From the NCBI GenBank assembly GCA_016742095.1, contig JACVCJ010000003.1, positions 11,250 through 75,249 of the forward strand: 64,000 nucleotides of DNA, read 5' to 3'. Under the pieces are notes generated by a model, which saw only the letters and a list, made by a program, of their open reading frames with translations, was not told the origin of the DNA and ran no database searches. Shown piece by piece: positions 39,149 through 48,309 of the stretch (positions are counted from its first letter, which is position 1; every line of letters begins with the position of its first letter). Made by a program: the position numbers and the translations under genes. This DNA comes from Bacteroidia bacterium. GTDB lineage: Bacteria > Bacteroidota > Bacteroidia > CAIKAF01.

Positions 39149-39838
39149 ATGCCGATGCACAGCGACGAATGGAAACTGGATAATCCCGTGTGGTATTCCC
39201 TCGAAAGAACACAGGCCGCTTTTGCCATCCCGGAAGAGGGCGCCGTGTTCTATCATCCCGACTTCTGTCCCTTCGGGGCCTTTATGGACGGGCAGGACAG
39301 CAGCGCCGCCATGGAACGCTACGCCCGGCTCTGCGATTCCTTTTTTATGGTGGGCGAAGAACCCCGTTACGATCGGGCAAAATTCACGCAGCGCGACCTG
39401 ATCTGCGACCAGATGCTGTATTCCGTGCCCGTACAGCAGGAAATAACAGCCGACATTACCGAACTGGGCGATGCACATGCGGAAGATCTCTTTAAGCTGG
39501 TAACGACCGGACTGCCGGGCTATTTCCGGGAAAAAACGCGGCTGCTGGGCCATTACTACGGCATATACGAAAACGGCGAACTGCTGTCCGTGTGCGGCGA
39601 ACGCATGATCATGCCCGGTTTTACCGAAGTGAGCGCCGTGGTAACGCATCCCGCGCACACCGGAAAAGGCTATTCAGGACAACTGATGGCCCACTGCACG
39701 CAACAGATACTGAAAGCCGGACAGGTACCCTACCTGCACGTAGCCGAGGTGAACGAACGCGCTATACGGGTATACGAACGCGCCGGCTTCCGCTTCCGCA
39801 GGAAAATGAATTTCCGGCACTTTACGCCGCGGGTATAA
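39149..39838 (+). CDS. GNAT acetyltransferase (FR47-like)
   Basis: LDNPVWYSL, GERM, EVSAVVTHPAHTGKGY, YLHV...N.RAI.VYERAGF. Confidence 0.9.
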   Translation: MPMHSDEWKLDNPVWYSLERTQAAFAIPEEGAVFYHPDFCPFGAFMDGQDSSAAMERYARLCDSFFMVGEEPRYDRAKFTQRDLICDQMLYSVPVQQEITADITELGDAHAEDLFKLVTTGLPGYFREKTRLLGHYYGIYENGELLSVCGERMIMPGFTEVSAVVTHPAHTGKGYSGQLMAHCTQQILKAGQVPYLHVAEVNERAIRVYERAGFRFRRKMNFRHFTPRV

Positions 39839-39997
39839 TTTGCAGAGAACGTCGGTGTGAGCGATCTCATCCGGGAGAATAAAACCTTCGGGCATATCCT
39901 TTTTTGTCGCCAGGCGGGAGGGGGCTGGGGTAACTTTCGTCGGGCAGAGGTTCTTAAAATTTACAGATGGCGGGGACAAAAATTCTATCTTTGTTCT

Positions 39998-40882
39998 ATG
40001 TTCTACCGTCGCAAAATACTTTTATCCTTATTACAACTGTTTGACGGGCAACTGGATAAAATACGCCTTCAGAAATTGTTGTTCCTGATGAGTCAGCGCC
40101 AGGCTAAACCTGAATATGAATTTATTCCTTATCGCTTCGGTTGCTATTCTTATTCCGCCAATGCAGACCTGTATGCCATGACACAAAAAGGATTGCTGAC
40201 GGAGGATGAAAAGAACTTTACCAAAAAAGATCCCGGAGACTATATTTCCCTTTTAAAGCCGGAAGACAGGTTACTGCTGACGCAGATCAAAACGAACTAC
40301 GGTGCCATGGACGCCCGCGACCTGATGAAACATACCTATGTGAACTTCCCTTTTTATGCCATAAAGAGCGAAGTAGCCCATCATATCCTGAATGCACAGG
40401 AATTACAGAGAGTAGAAAATTCCAGGCCAAAAAACACGCAAACCATCCTGTTTACCATAGGTTACGAAGGCATTTCCCTGGAACAATACCTGCTCAGACT
40501 GCTGAAAAACGATGTAAAAGTGCTGGTAGACGTACGTAATAATCCTCTCAGCATGAAATACGGTTTTAGTAAAAGCCTGCTTAAGAAATTCTGCAACAGC
40601 ATAGGTATTGAATATGTGCACTTTCCGGAGGTCGGCATACAGTCGGACAAGCGTCAGGCGCTGACCGTACAGGCCGATTACGACCGGCTGTTTGCACAAT
40701 ACCGGCAGGATAATCTGCCGCACACAAAGGATACTCAATCCCGTATACTTGAACTGCTTATTGATAAAAAACGAATTGCGCTTACCTGTTTTGAAGCGAA
40801 TATCTGTCAATGCCACCGGAAACATCTGGCAGAAGCCATCGAAAAATTACCTGGTTTTCATTATGAACTAAAACACATTTGA
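39998..40882 (+). CDS. DUF488 protein with N-terminal Panacea/SocA-like winged-helix domain
   Basis: LQKLLFL...FIPYRFGCYS N-domain; FTIGYEG, LVDVRNNPLS.KYGFSK, ALTCFE....CHR DUF488 motifs; AT-richer. Confidence 0.85.
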   Translation: MFYRRKILLSLLQLFDGQLDKIRLQKLLFLMSQRQAKPEYEFIPYRFGCYSYSANADLYAMTQKGLLTEDEKNFTKKDPGDYISLLKPEDRLLLTQIKTNYGAMDARDLMKHTYVNFPFYAIKSEVAHHILNAQELQRVENSRPKNTQTILFTIGYEGISLEQYLLRLLKNDVKVLVDVRNNPLSMKYGFSKSLLKKFCNSIGIEYVHFPEVGIQSDKRQALTVQADYDRLFAQYRQDNLPHTKDTQSRILELLIDKKRIALTCFEANICQCHRKHLAEAIEKLPGFHYELKHI

Positions 40883-40891
40883 CGCCGGGCA

Positions 40892-41404
40892 TCAGTTCGG
40901 TGGCGTTTCCAGGACCTGCTTCAGTTTTTCGTTCATTTCACCGAAGTTGAAGAAGGTCTCTTCACAGATCTTTTTGCCCATGGACTTTCCGAACCAGCCC
41001 TTCCAGTATTCGCCCTGCAGCAGGCGGGTATGTTCTGCATCTACCGGTTGCAGGATAAAATAATGCCGGGCCTTGATGAACGGCATAAAACTGCCGCCCC
41101 AGGCCAGTTCGCGGTCGGCGTCCATCGTTAGCAGTTTTGCCTTGAAGTAGTTCTTTTTACGGCTGCCGGGCTTGCGCAGGTAAAATTTGAGCATGCGGCC
41201 TTTTTTTACAGTACCCTCCACACCGCTGAGATAAGTATGCCAGGACGCGTAATCGCTGAAATTACCCAGCTTTTCCCAGACCTGCTGCGGGGTAGCTTTT
41301 ATGACAATTTCGGTCTGCACGCCGCGCGGACCTGAAAAAGACTGTGCCGGAAGGGCTGCAATGCCCGCAAGCAGGAAAAGGCAGGACAGGAAAAATGCTT
41401 TCAT
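40892..41404 (-). CDS. SRPBCC domain protein
   Basis: TEIVIKATPQQVW..L..F..Y..W, ELAWGG, F.EMNEKLK. Confidence 0.82.
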   Translation of the reverse strand: MKAFFLSCLFLLAGIAALPAQSFSGPRGVQTEIVIKATPQQVWEKLGNFSDYASWHTYLSGVEGTVKKGRMLKFYLRKPGSRKKNYFKAKLLTMDADRELAWGGSFMPFIKARHYFILQPVDAEHTRLLQGEYWKGWFGKSMGKKICEETFFNFGEMNEKLKQVLETPPN

Positions 41405-41650
41405 GGTGTGTAATACAAGGCTAAAGGTACAAACTTTACAAAGCGGGAAAAGCCATGCAAAGGTTTTCCGGGCTGATCGGCGTACTCCGGCCGCTTACGC
41501 GCGGGACTGCAGCGGTATCCTTCCCCGCGCCCGCGCCCATGGCGCAGGGGAAGATAAAGCGTAAGGCCCGGACGGGGTTGGAAGAGGAACGGCCCCCCGC
41601 CCGCGCCAAAGAAAAAATGCATAGATTTGCTGCACTATTCCAATGAGATT

Positions 41651-42847
41651 ATGGCTTATAATGCAATAAAACAACACCTGGAAGCCGAACTGAAAGGCAT
41701 TGAGGATGCCGGGCTTTACAAACGCGAACGCATCATTACCTCGCCGCAGGGTGCCGAAATTACGGTGAACGGCGCTACCGTGCTCAATTTCTGTGCCAAC
41801 AACTACCTGGGCCTTTCCTCGCATCCGCGGGTGATCGAAGCGGCTAAGAAAGCGCTGGACACACACGGTTTCGGGATGAGCAGCGTACGTTTTATCTGTG
41901 GTACGCAGGACATTCACAAAACGCTGGAGCAGAAGATCGCTGAATTTTACGGCACCGAGGATACCATCCTGTATGCCGCGGCTTTTGACGCCAACGGCGG
42001 GGTGTTTGAGCCCCTGCTGAACGAGGCCGACTGCATTATCTCCGACGAACTGAACCATGCCTCCATCATAGACGGGGTGCGCCTCTGCAAAGCGGCCCGC
42101 TACCGTTATAAGAACAACGATATGGCCGAACTGGAAGCCCGCCTGCAGGAAGCACAGGCTGCCGGGCACCGCTTTAAGCTGATCGTTACGGACGGCGTAT
42201 TTTCCATGGACGGGTTTGTGGCCCAGCTGGACAAGATCTGCGACCTGGCCGATACATACGATGCCCTCGTAATGACCGACGAATGCCACAGCGCGGGCTT
42301 TATCGGCAAGACCGGCCGCGGTGTGCCCGAGCTCTGCAACGTAATGGGCCGTGTGGACATCATCACCGGCACGCTGGGCAAAGCCCTGGGCGGCGCTATG
42401 GGCGGCTATACCACCGGACGCAGGGAGATCATTGAACTGCTGCGTCAGCGTTCGCGCCCCTACCTGTTCAGCAATTCCCTGGCCCCGGCCATTGTGGGCG
42501 CCTCCATCGAGGTGTTCGACCTGCTTTCCTCTACCACGGAGCTGCGCGATAAACTGGAATGGAACGTACAGTACTTCAAAAAAGGCATCCGCGAGGCAGG
42601 TTTCGATATCAAGGACGGCGATTCGGCCATTGTACCCGTAATGCTGTACGATGCCCGTCTTTCGCAGGTGATGGCCGATAAACTGCTGCAGGAAGGCATA
42701 TACGTGATCGGCTTCTTCTACCCCGTGGTAGCCAGGGGACAGGCCCGCATCCGCGTGCAGCTCTCGGCCGCGCATACACAGGAACACCTGGACAAAGCCC
42801 TGGCCGCCTTTACCAAAGTAGGTAAAGAACTGGGCATAGTTAAATAA
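41651..42847 (+). CDS. kbl: 2-amino-3-ketobutyrate CoA ligase (glycine C-acetyltransferase)
   Basis: [51 protein letters not shown]. Confidence 0.96.
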   Translation: MAYNAIKQHLEAELKGIEDAGLYKRERIITSPQGAEITVNGATVLNFCANNYLGLSSHPRVIEAAKKALDTHGFGMSSVRFICGTQDIHKTLEQKIAEFYGTEDTILYAAAFDANGGVFEPLLNEADCIISDELNHASIIDGVRLCKAARYRYKNNDMAELEARLQEAQAAGHRFKLIVTDGVFSMDGFVAQLDKICDLADTYDALVMTDECHSAGFIGKTGRGVPELCNVMGRVDIITGTLGKALGGAMGGYTTGRREIIELLRQRSRPYLFSNSLAPAIVGASIEVFDLLSSTTELRDKLEWNVQYFKKGIREAGFDIKDGDSAIVPVMLYDARLSQVMADKLLQEGIYVIGFFYPVVARGQARIRVQLSAAHTQEHLDKALAAFTKVGKELGIVK

Positions 42848-42864
42848 TATACGATGTATATACC

Positions 42865-42898
42865 AAAAGGACCTCGCCGGTAGCAAGGTCCTTTTTTT
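42865..42898 (+). terminator. Intrinsic terminator after kbl
   Basis: AAAAGGACCT...AGGTCCTTTTTTT. Confidence 0.8.
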
Positions 42899-43159
42899 AA
42901 AACAATCAAACACAAAGTATTTTTCAAAGCCGCTGACACAGGGAAAGCGGGCTTTTATGATCCGTTTCTGAGCTCTTGTATATTAAGAACGTAACATGCA
43001 GAAACTTTGTTACGGAATTATCTATTCTTAACTATTCCGCGTTTTAGGAAAGCGATTCCGTCTTCTTCTTCCACAGGGTGCCCGGCATTCCTGAAGAACA
43101 CAAATATTTCTTTAGCGCTTAGCTGCGTACAGGGCCGTCTGAATCCTTATATTTGTGTG

Positions 43160-43957
43160 ATGCCATTCAATCCCGACATACGCAGCGTACAGGTTACGCG
43201 TTACATAACACCCCTGCGGGAAGGCGGTTCCCTGCCTGCCGTAGCCGAAGCCGACGACGGTTTTAAATACGTGCTTAAATTCCGGGGAGCCGGTCATGGT
43301 GTAAAAGCCCTCATTGCCGAGTTCATCGGCGGCGAAGTAGCCCGTGCGCTGGACCTGAAAGTGCCGGAACTGGTGTTTGCACAGCTCGACGAAGCCTTCG
43401 GCCGTACCGAGGGCGACGAAGAGATACAGGACCTGCTGCGCGGCAGCGAAGGCCTGAACCTGGGCCTGCATTTTTTATCGGGCGCCGTAAATTTTGACCC
43501 GGTGGTGACCGAGGCCGATGCCCTCCTGGCTTCCCGTATCGTATGGCTGGACGCGTTCCTGACCAATATAGACCGCACCTTCCGCAATACCAATATGCTC
43601 ATCTGGCAGAAGCAACTCTGGCTCATCGACCACGGAGCTTCCCTGTATTTTCATCATTCCTGGGGCGACTGGCAAAAGGCCGCTATGAGTCCTTTTACGT
43701 ACGTGAAAGACCATGTGCTGCTGCCCCGCACGGATGCTGCCAGCCTGGCCGAGGCCGGCGCGATCGGACACAAGCTGCTCAGTCCGGAGATCCTGGACCG
43801 TATCGTACAATTACTGCCGGATGACTGGCTGCACTGGGAAGACACCGCGCAAAGCCCTGCGGAGATCCGTGAAGTATATACGCAATTCCTGCAGACGCGG
43901 CTGGCGAATTCCTCCCTATTTTTAAAAGAAGCACAGGATGCAGCAGCACGTATATGA
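43160..43957 (+). CDS. HipA-like kinase
   Basis: PLREGGSLP (Gly loop), YVLKFRG, NIDRT.RNTN catalytic loop, LIDHG. Confidence 0.88.
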   Translation: MPFNPDIRSVQVTRYITPLREGGSLPAVAEADDGFKYVLKFRGAGHGVKALIAEFIGGEVARALDLKVPELVFAQLDEAFGRTEGDEEIQDLLRGSEGLNLGLHFLSGAVNFDPVVTEADALLASRIVWLDAFLTNIDRTFRNTNMLIWQKQLWLIDHGASLYFHHSWGDWQKAAMSPFTYVKDHVLLPRTDAASLAEAGAIGHKLLSPEILDRIVQLLPDDWLHWEDTAQSPAEIREVYTQFLQTRLANSSLFLKEAQDAAARI

Positions 43958-44339
43958 ATATGCCGTGATCCGCGTGGTACCGAGGGTAGAACGCGAAGAG
44001 TTCCTGAACGTGGGAGTGATCGTGTTCTGTAAAAGCCTGCGTTTTGTACGTATGCGCTACCGTCTGGACAGCGAACGGATACGTGTGTTTGCCCCGGGCA
44101 CCGACCTGGAGCAGATCGGACAGAACCTGTCCTCTTTCGAAAAAATTGCACACGGCAGTAAAGACGGCGGCCCCATTGCCTGCGAGGACACGGCCTCCCG
44201 TTTCCGCTGGCTGACGGCCGTACGCAGCTCCGTGATACAGACCTCCAGGCCCCACCCCGGCCTGTGCAGCGACCCGGAAAAGGTACTGGAACAACTTTTT
44301 AACGATCTTGTAGAACCTTATGATATTCCTTTCAGCTAA
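43938..44339 (+). CDS. DUF3037 family protein
   Basis: YEYAVIRVVPRVEREEFLNVGVI, RFRWLTAVRSSVIQTS..HPG; overlaps kinase stop. Confidence 0.9.
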   Translation: MQQHVYEYAVIRVVPRVEREEFLNVGVIVFCKSLRFVRMRYRLDSERIRVFAPGTDLEQIGQNLSSFEKIAHGSKDGGPIACEDTASRFRWLTAVRSSVIQTSRPHPGLCSDPEKVLEQLFNDLVEPYDIPFS

Positions 44340-44430
44340 AATGATACTGATCATCGGTGGCATCATACTCTGTGCCGCGGGCGGAGCGCTCGTGTTCCTG
44401 CTGATACAGAGAACGCGCGACAACGACTGA
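44320..44430 (+). CDS. Small single-TM peptide (36 aa), not in ORF track
   Basis: MIFLSAKMILIIGGIILCAAGGALVFLLIQRTRDND*; overlaps DUF3037 end (alternative start 44341). Confidence 0.45.
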   Translation: MIFLSAKMILIIGGIILCAAGGALVFLLIQRTRDND

Positions 44431-44695
44431 CCCTTCTGCCGCCTGAGGTGTATACCGGAACATAATATCTCTTACTGCATGTATCTTTTTGTATACACTG
44501 CGAGCAGGTCTGCTATCTGCCCGGGTAACGCCTTTCCAGGAACCCGAAGGTACGCTCCAACGGGGCACACATACCGTGCCGGCACCCTCTTGCCATTTTA
44601 ACCCGTTAACCTAAGCGGCCGGAGTCAGAAACTTCCTGAAACTGCAATATTTTTCTTATTTTTTCGTTATACGCAGGCACAAAAAACGATTGAAA

Positions 44696-45214
44696 ATGAT
44701 GAACATACCCCGTAAAAATTTCAATGTTTCGTGGCTAAACAGCACTACTAAAAAGTCTCTCTGCGGGATCTTCCTGCTTCTTACGATCATGCTTACCGCA
44801 TCATCGTGTAAAAAAGAGCCCGCTCCTTCCCAGTGGTATTCTGAGACCAGTGAAAACGGCGATCCCATCCTGGGGGTCTACGAAAGCAGGATCCCCTGCA
44901 ACGATTGCGAACGACTAAAGTTCGCCATAGTAATATACGGGAACAGTCAGACAAACGTACCGGTTACCTATGCCATGTCGCGTATATATGTAGGCAAGAG
45001 TGAAGACAGAGTATCAAATACGGGCAATGTCGAAATTGTGCAGGGTACCGCGATAGATACGGCGCACATTGTCTACAGGCTTACAACAGGTGCACCGGAA
45101 GAATACAGGTCTTTCTGGAAGATCGATGAGAATCTGCTCTTTATTCTGGATGATGATCTATCGCCCAGGGTAGGAGATGCAGGATACGGGTACGTTTTAA
45201 ACCGGATCCACTGA
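44696..45214 (+). CDS. Lipoprotein with NlpE N-terminal-like CxxC domain
   Basis: Lipobox ASSC, G.YE.RIPCNDCE motif, terminal Y.LNR. Confidence 0.72.
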   Translation: MMNIPRKNFNVSWLNSTTKKSLCGIFLLLTIMLTASSCKKEPAPSQWYSETSENGDPILGVYESRIPCNDCERLKFAIVIYGNSQTNVPVTYAMSRIYVGKSEDRVSNTGNVEIVQGTAIDTAHIVYRLTTGAPEEYRSFWKIDENLLFILDDDLSPRVGDAGYGYVLNRIH

Positions 45215-45367
45215 AAAAGACGCTATCCTGATGCTTCTTTCCTATGGCGCCCTGTAAAGAAAAATGCTTCTTTACCTATTTCAGAATTTTTACAACTCAC
45301 AAATTCTGTGTATCTTCCACTCCCGAATGCAGCCATCGGCATTCTTCCGTTTTAACCCATTAACGCA

Positions 45368-46723
45368 ATGCAGAAACAAGTAAGTAAACCTGCAGCCAAT
45401 ACCGTTCTGCGTAAACAGGACGAAAAAAAGACTCCCCCTGTACAGGCCAAAGCCGCGGAAAACCGTACCGGTCTCCCCGACGGACTGAAAGCCGGCATCG
45501 AGAACCTTTCCGGCCTTTCCATGGACGATGTAAAGGTGCACCGGAATTCTTCCAAACCCGCGCAGTTGCAGGCCCACGCCTATGCACAGGGCAGCGATAT
45601 ACACCTGGCGCCCGGGCAGGAAAAACACCTGCCGCACGAGGCCTGGCATGTGGTACAGCAGAAACAGGGCCGGGTACAGGCAACGGCTCAACTCAAAAGC
45701 AATGTGCCCCTAAATACAGACCTTTCCCTGGAAAAAGAGGCCGACCGGATGGGCAGTAAAGCAGCCTCCGGAAGCGGGGTACTGAGCCATGCTCCCCTGC
45801 AGCATGCCGAAAGCGGCCATACCGTGCAGCGCGTGCCGGAATGGCTGCAGAGCCTTATAAACCTGGCTAAGGAACATCCCGTGGGTACCACAGCTACGGT
45901 CGTGATCGGCGCGGGGACCCTGCTGGGCTACTATTACTACAAGCAAAGTCAGAAAAAACAGCCGCAGCAGAATAACCACGTAGAGGCCCCTCAGGACGAA
46001 GAGGGAGAACCGGACTGGGAAACGGTCGAAGGCGTGGCTGCTGCTATCGGCAAAGACCCCCATGATCTGCTGGAACAGCTCGAAAACGGCACAAACAATA
46101 ATGTAAGTGTAAATGACGCCTACAGCAAGGGGTTCAATCCCGCGCAGCATGACGGCAAGGGACTCATTCCGCCTTCCATACTGGCCAATCTCTCCGGTAA
46201 CCCGAATACCGCGGTGGGCCAAATCTTTACACGGATAAATAATTTCACGTTCGTGTATAACGGCTACCAGTCCTCCGGGTACCGGGGTTTCCTGGAACAC
46301 ACCGGCGACTGTGCCACCCTGCGCGACATGTTCTGTTTAGCGGCCAAAGCGGCCGGAATTGCCGTACAACCGGGCGATGACGATACGGCCATGCTGGTGG
46401 ATGCGAGACCTATGCACGGCCGGCCTACCCAGGGAAATACCGCCGGAAGTCTTTTCTGGTTCTTCCATGACCACCACTGGGCAACGCACAACGGTACGCA
46501 CTTCGACCTGCTGTTCATGACCAATGCCCAGGTGCCGCCGCATCACCGTACCGCCGCCGATGTAGTGCATAACGGCATCAGGTACGACATCTTTAATAAC
46601 AACCGGGCCATGATACATGCCGCCGAATGCGCCGCGCTGAATATTGTACTGCAGCCGGGACAGGTGGGCTACGTGCTGCCGCTGAACCAGGTGCAGACCT
46701 TTATCGACGACCATAAAAAGTAA
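45368..46723 (+). CDS. DUF4157 (eCIS core) protein with TM helix and Cys-His-Asp domain, copy 1
   Basis: GLPDGLKAGIENLSGLSMDDVKVH, AHAYAQGSDIHLAPGQEKHLPHEAWHVVQQKQGRV, LEKEAD.MG; GDC...HHW...FD in C-domain. Confidence 0.88.
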   Translation: MQKQVSKPAANTVLRKQDEKKTPPVQAKAAENRTGLPDGLKAGIENLSGLSMDDVKVHRNSSKPAQLQAHAYAQGSDIHLAPGQEKHLPHEAWHVVQQKQGRVQATAQLKSNVPLNTDLSLEKEADRMGSKAASGSGVLSHAPLQHAESGHTVQRVPEWLQSLINLAKEHPVGTTATVVIGAGTLLGYYYYKQSQKKQPQQNNHVEAPQDEEGEPDWETVEGVAAAIGKDPHDLLEQLENGTNNNVSVNDAYSKGFNPAQHDGKGLIPPSILANLSGNPNTAVGQIFTRINNFTFVYNGYQSSGYRGFLEHTGDCATLRDMFCLAAKAAGIAVQPGDDDTAMLVDARPMHGRPTQGNTAGSLFWFFHDHHWATHNGTHFDLLFMTNAQVPPHHRTAADVVHNGIRYDIFNNNRAMIHAAECAALNIVLQPGQVGYVLPLNQVQTFIDDHKK

Positions 46724-46892
46724 TTTTAGTATATTTATTGAGCGATCCCTTCGGCACACGCCAGACTTCCCTGATCCTCATTTTATGAATATACGAAAAT
46801 TGCCCTCTCCGGGGCTTCCCTGTTCCTATAATACACAGCTGTAAAAAATAAAATCGTACATTTGCCACACCCGGATACATAACCCCTGATCC

Positions 46893-48230
46893 ATGTATAC
46901 ATCATCGCCCCGAAAAACGGCAAGAGTCCAACCCGCCAGTACCCGACAGACCGTCACACAGAAGAAAACGGCTGCCAAACCACAGAACGGACTTCCCGAG
47001 AACCTGAAGAACGGGATCGAGAAGCTTTCCGGCCTTTCGATGGACGACGTAAAGGTCCACCGGAATTCTTCGAAACCTTCGCAATTACAGGCCCACGCCT
47101 ATGCACAGGGCAGTGATATACACCTGGCGCCCGGTCAGGATAAGCACCTGCCGCACGAGGCCTGGCACGTGGTACAGCAAAAGCAGGGCCGGGTAAAAGC
47201 CAACCGGCAGCTCAAAAGCAATGTGCCCGTAAACACAGATATCACACTGGAAAAAGAAGCCGACCTGATGGGAGCCAAAGCAGCGGCCGGTGGGGGTACA
47301 CAACACAGCGAAGGCCTGCAGCATGCCAAAGCCGGGAACACCGTACAGCGTATGCCCGAATGGCTGCAGGCACTTATGGCCCTGGCCTGGAACAATCCCG
47401 GGGTAAGTCTGTCCATTGCCATCGGAGCCAGTGGTCTGCTCGCCTATTATTACCGGCAGAGATCCAGGAAAAAACAGCAGAACAACCAGAACAGACAGCA
47501 GGAAAAACCTGACTGGGAAACGGTGGACGGCGTAGCTAAAATAATGGGTATAGACCCGCAATTCCTGCTTGAACAACTCGAAAACGGCGGAGAGGAACAC
47601 ACCTATATGTCTGACATTTATAAAAAAGGGTTCTCGACCAAGAATAACAAGGGTAAAGGGCTCATGCCCCCCTCCCTGTTCGAAGGATTGCCCGAGGACA
47701 ATCCGCAGGCCGCGGTCGATCTGCTGTTCGACCGCTTCAATGAACTTCCCTTTAAATACATCGGCGAGGGAGGAGGTCCCTTCCGGGGATTCCTGGAACA
47801 CCAGGGCGACTGCGCCATCTTACGCGATATGTTCGTAGCTGCCGCCCATGCCTTCGGAACGGAGGGCATACAGATCGGGAAAGGAGACGACGAAGTGGCC
47901 ATGCTGGTAGAACCCAGGCCGATACACGGGCGCGAACAACATGGCAATACCGGCGGCGAACTGTTCTGGTTCTTCTTCAATCACCACTGGGCTACGTTCA
48001 ACGGCACCGATTACGACCTGTTATTTATGAGCCGCGGATTGGCCACTCCATTCCACCGCCTTGACGAAGGAGTAGAGTACCGGGGCGTACCATACGATAC
48101 GTTCAGCAACGGAAAAGCGCTTCTGCACGATAAAACCTGCAGGCGTCTCAAGATATTGGTCCCGGAAGGCGCCATGGGTTACGTACTTCCGACAGACCAG
48201 GTGCATGCCTTCATTGATGATCATTTGTAA
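46893..48230 (+). CDS. DUF4157 protein with TM helix and Cys-His-Asp domain, copy 2
   Basis: Same architecture, alignable to copy 1 from DUF4157 to the C-terminus. Confidence 0.88.
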   Translation: MYTSSPRKTARVQPASTRQTVTQKKTAAKPQNGLPENLKNGIEKLSGLSMDDVKVHRNSSKPSQLQAHAYAQGSDIHLAPGQDKHLPHEAWHVVQQKQGRVKANRQLKSNVPVNTDITLEKEADLMGAKAAAGGGTQHSEGLQHAKAGNTVQRMPEWLQALMALAWNNPGVSLSIAIGASGLLAYYYRQRSRKKQQNNQNRQQEKPDWETVDGVAKIMGIDPQFLLEQLENGGEEHTYMSDIYKKGFSTKNNKGKGLMPPSLFEGLPEDNPQAAVDLLFDRFNELPFKYIGEGGGPFRGFLEHQGDCAILRDMFVAAAHAFGTEGIQIGKGDDEVAMLVEPRPIHGREQHGNTGGELFWFFFNHHWATFNGTDYDLLFMSRGLATPFHRLDEGVEYRGVPYDTFSNGKALLHDKTCRRLKILVPEGAMGYVLPTDQVHAFIDDHL

Positions 48231-48248
48231 ATTTACAATATTGTATAA

Positions 48249-48280
48249 AAAATCCCGCCTTTAAATAAAGCAGGATCTTG
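48249..48280. terminator. Terminator between convergent genes
   Basis: A-run with imperfect ATCC.GC...GC.GGAT stem. Confidence 0.5.
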
Positions 48281-48309
48281 AATTTTTACACAAGTGTCTT
48301 ATCAGGTGT

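Noticed and set aside
43015-43135. Minus-strand open stretch TQLSAKEIFVFFRNAGHPVEEEDGIAFLKRGIVKNR as a gene remnant
   Set aside because: No convincing start, short, and no recognisable family
45368-48230. Paralogous pair as a diversity-generating retroelement template/variable repeat
   Set aside because: No reverse transcriptase, and differences are not adenine-specific; consistent with ordinary gene duplication
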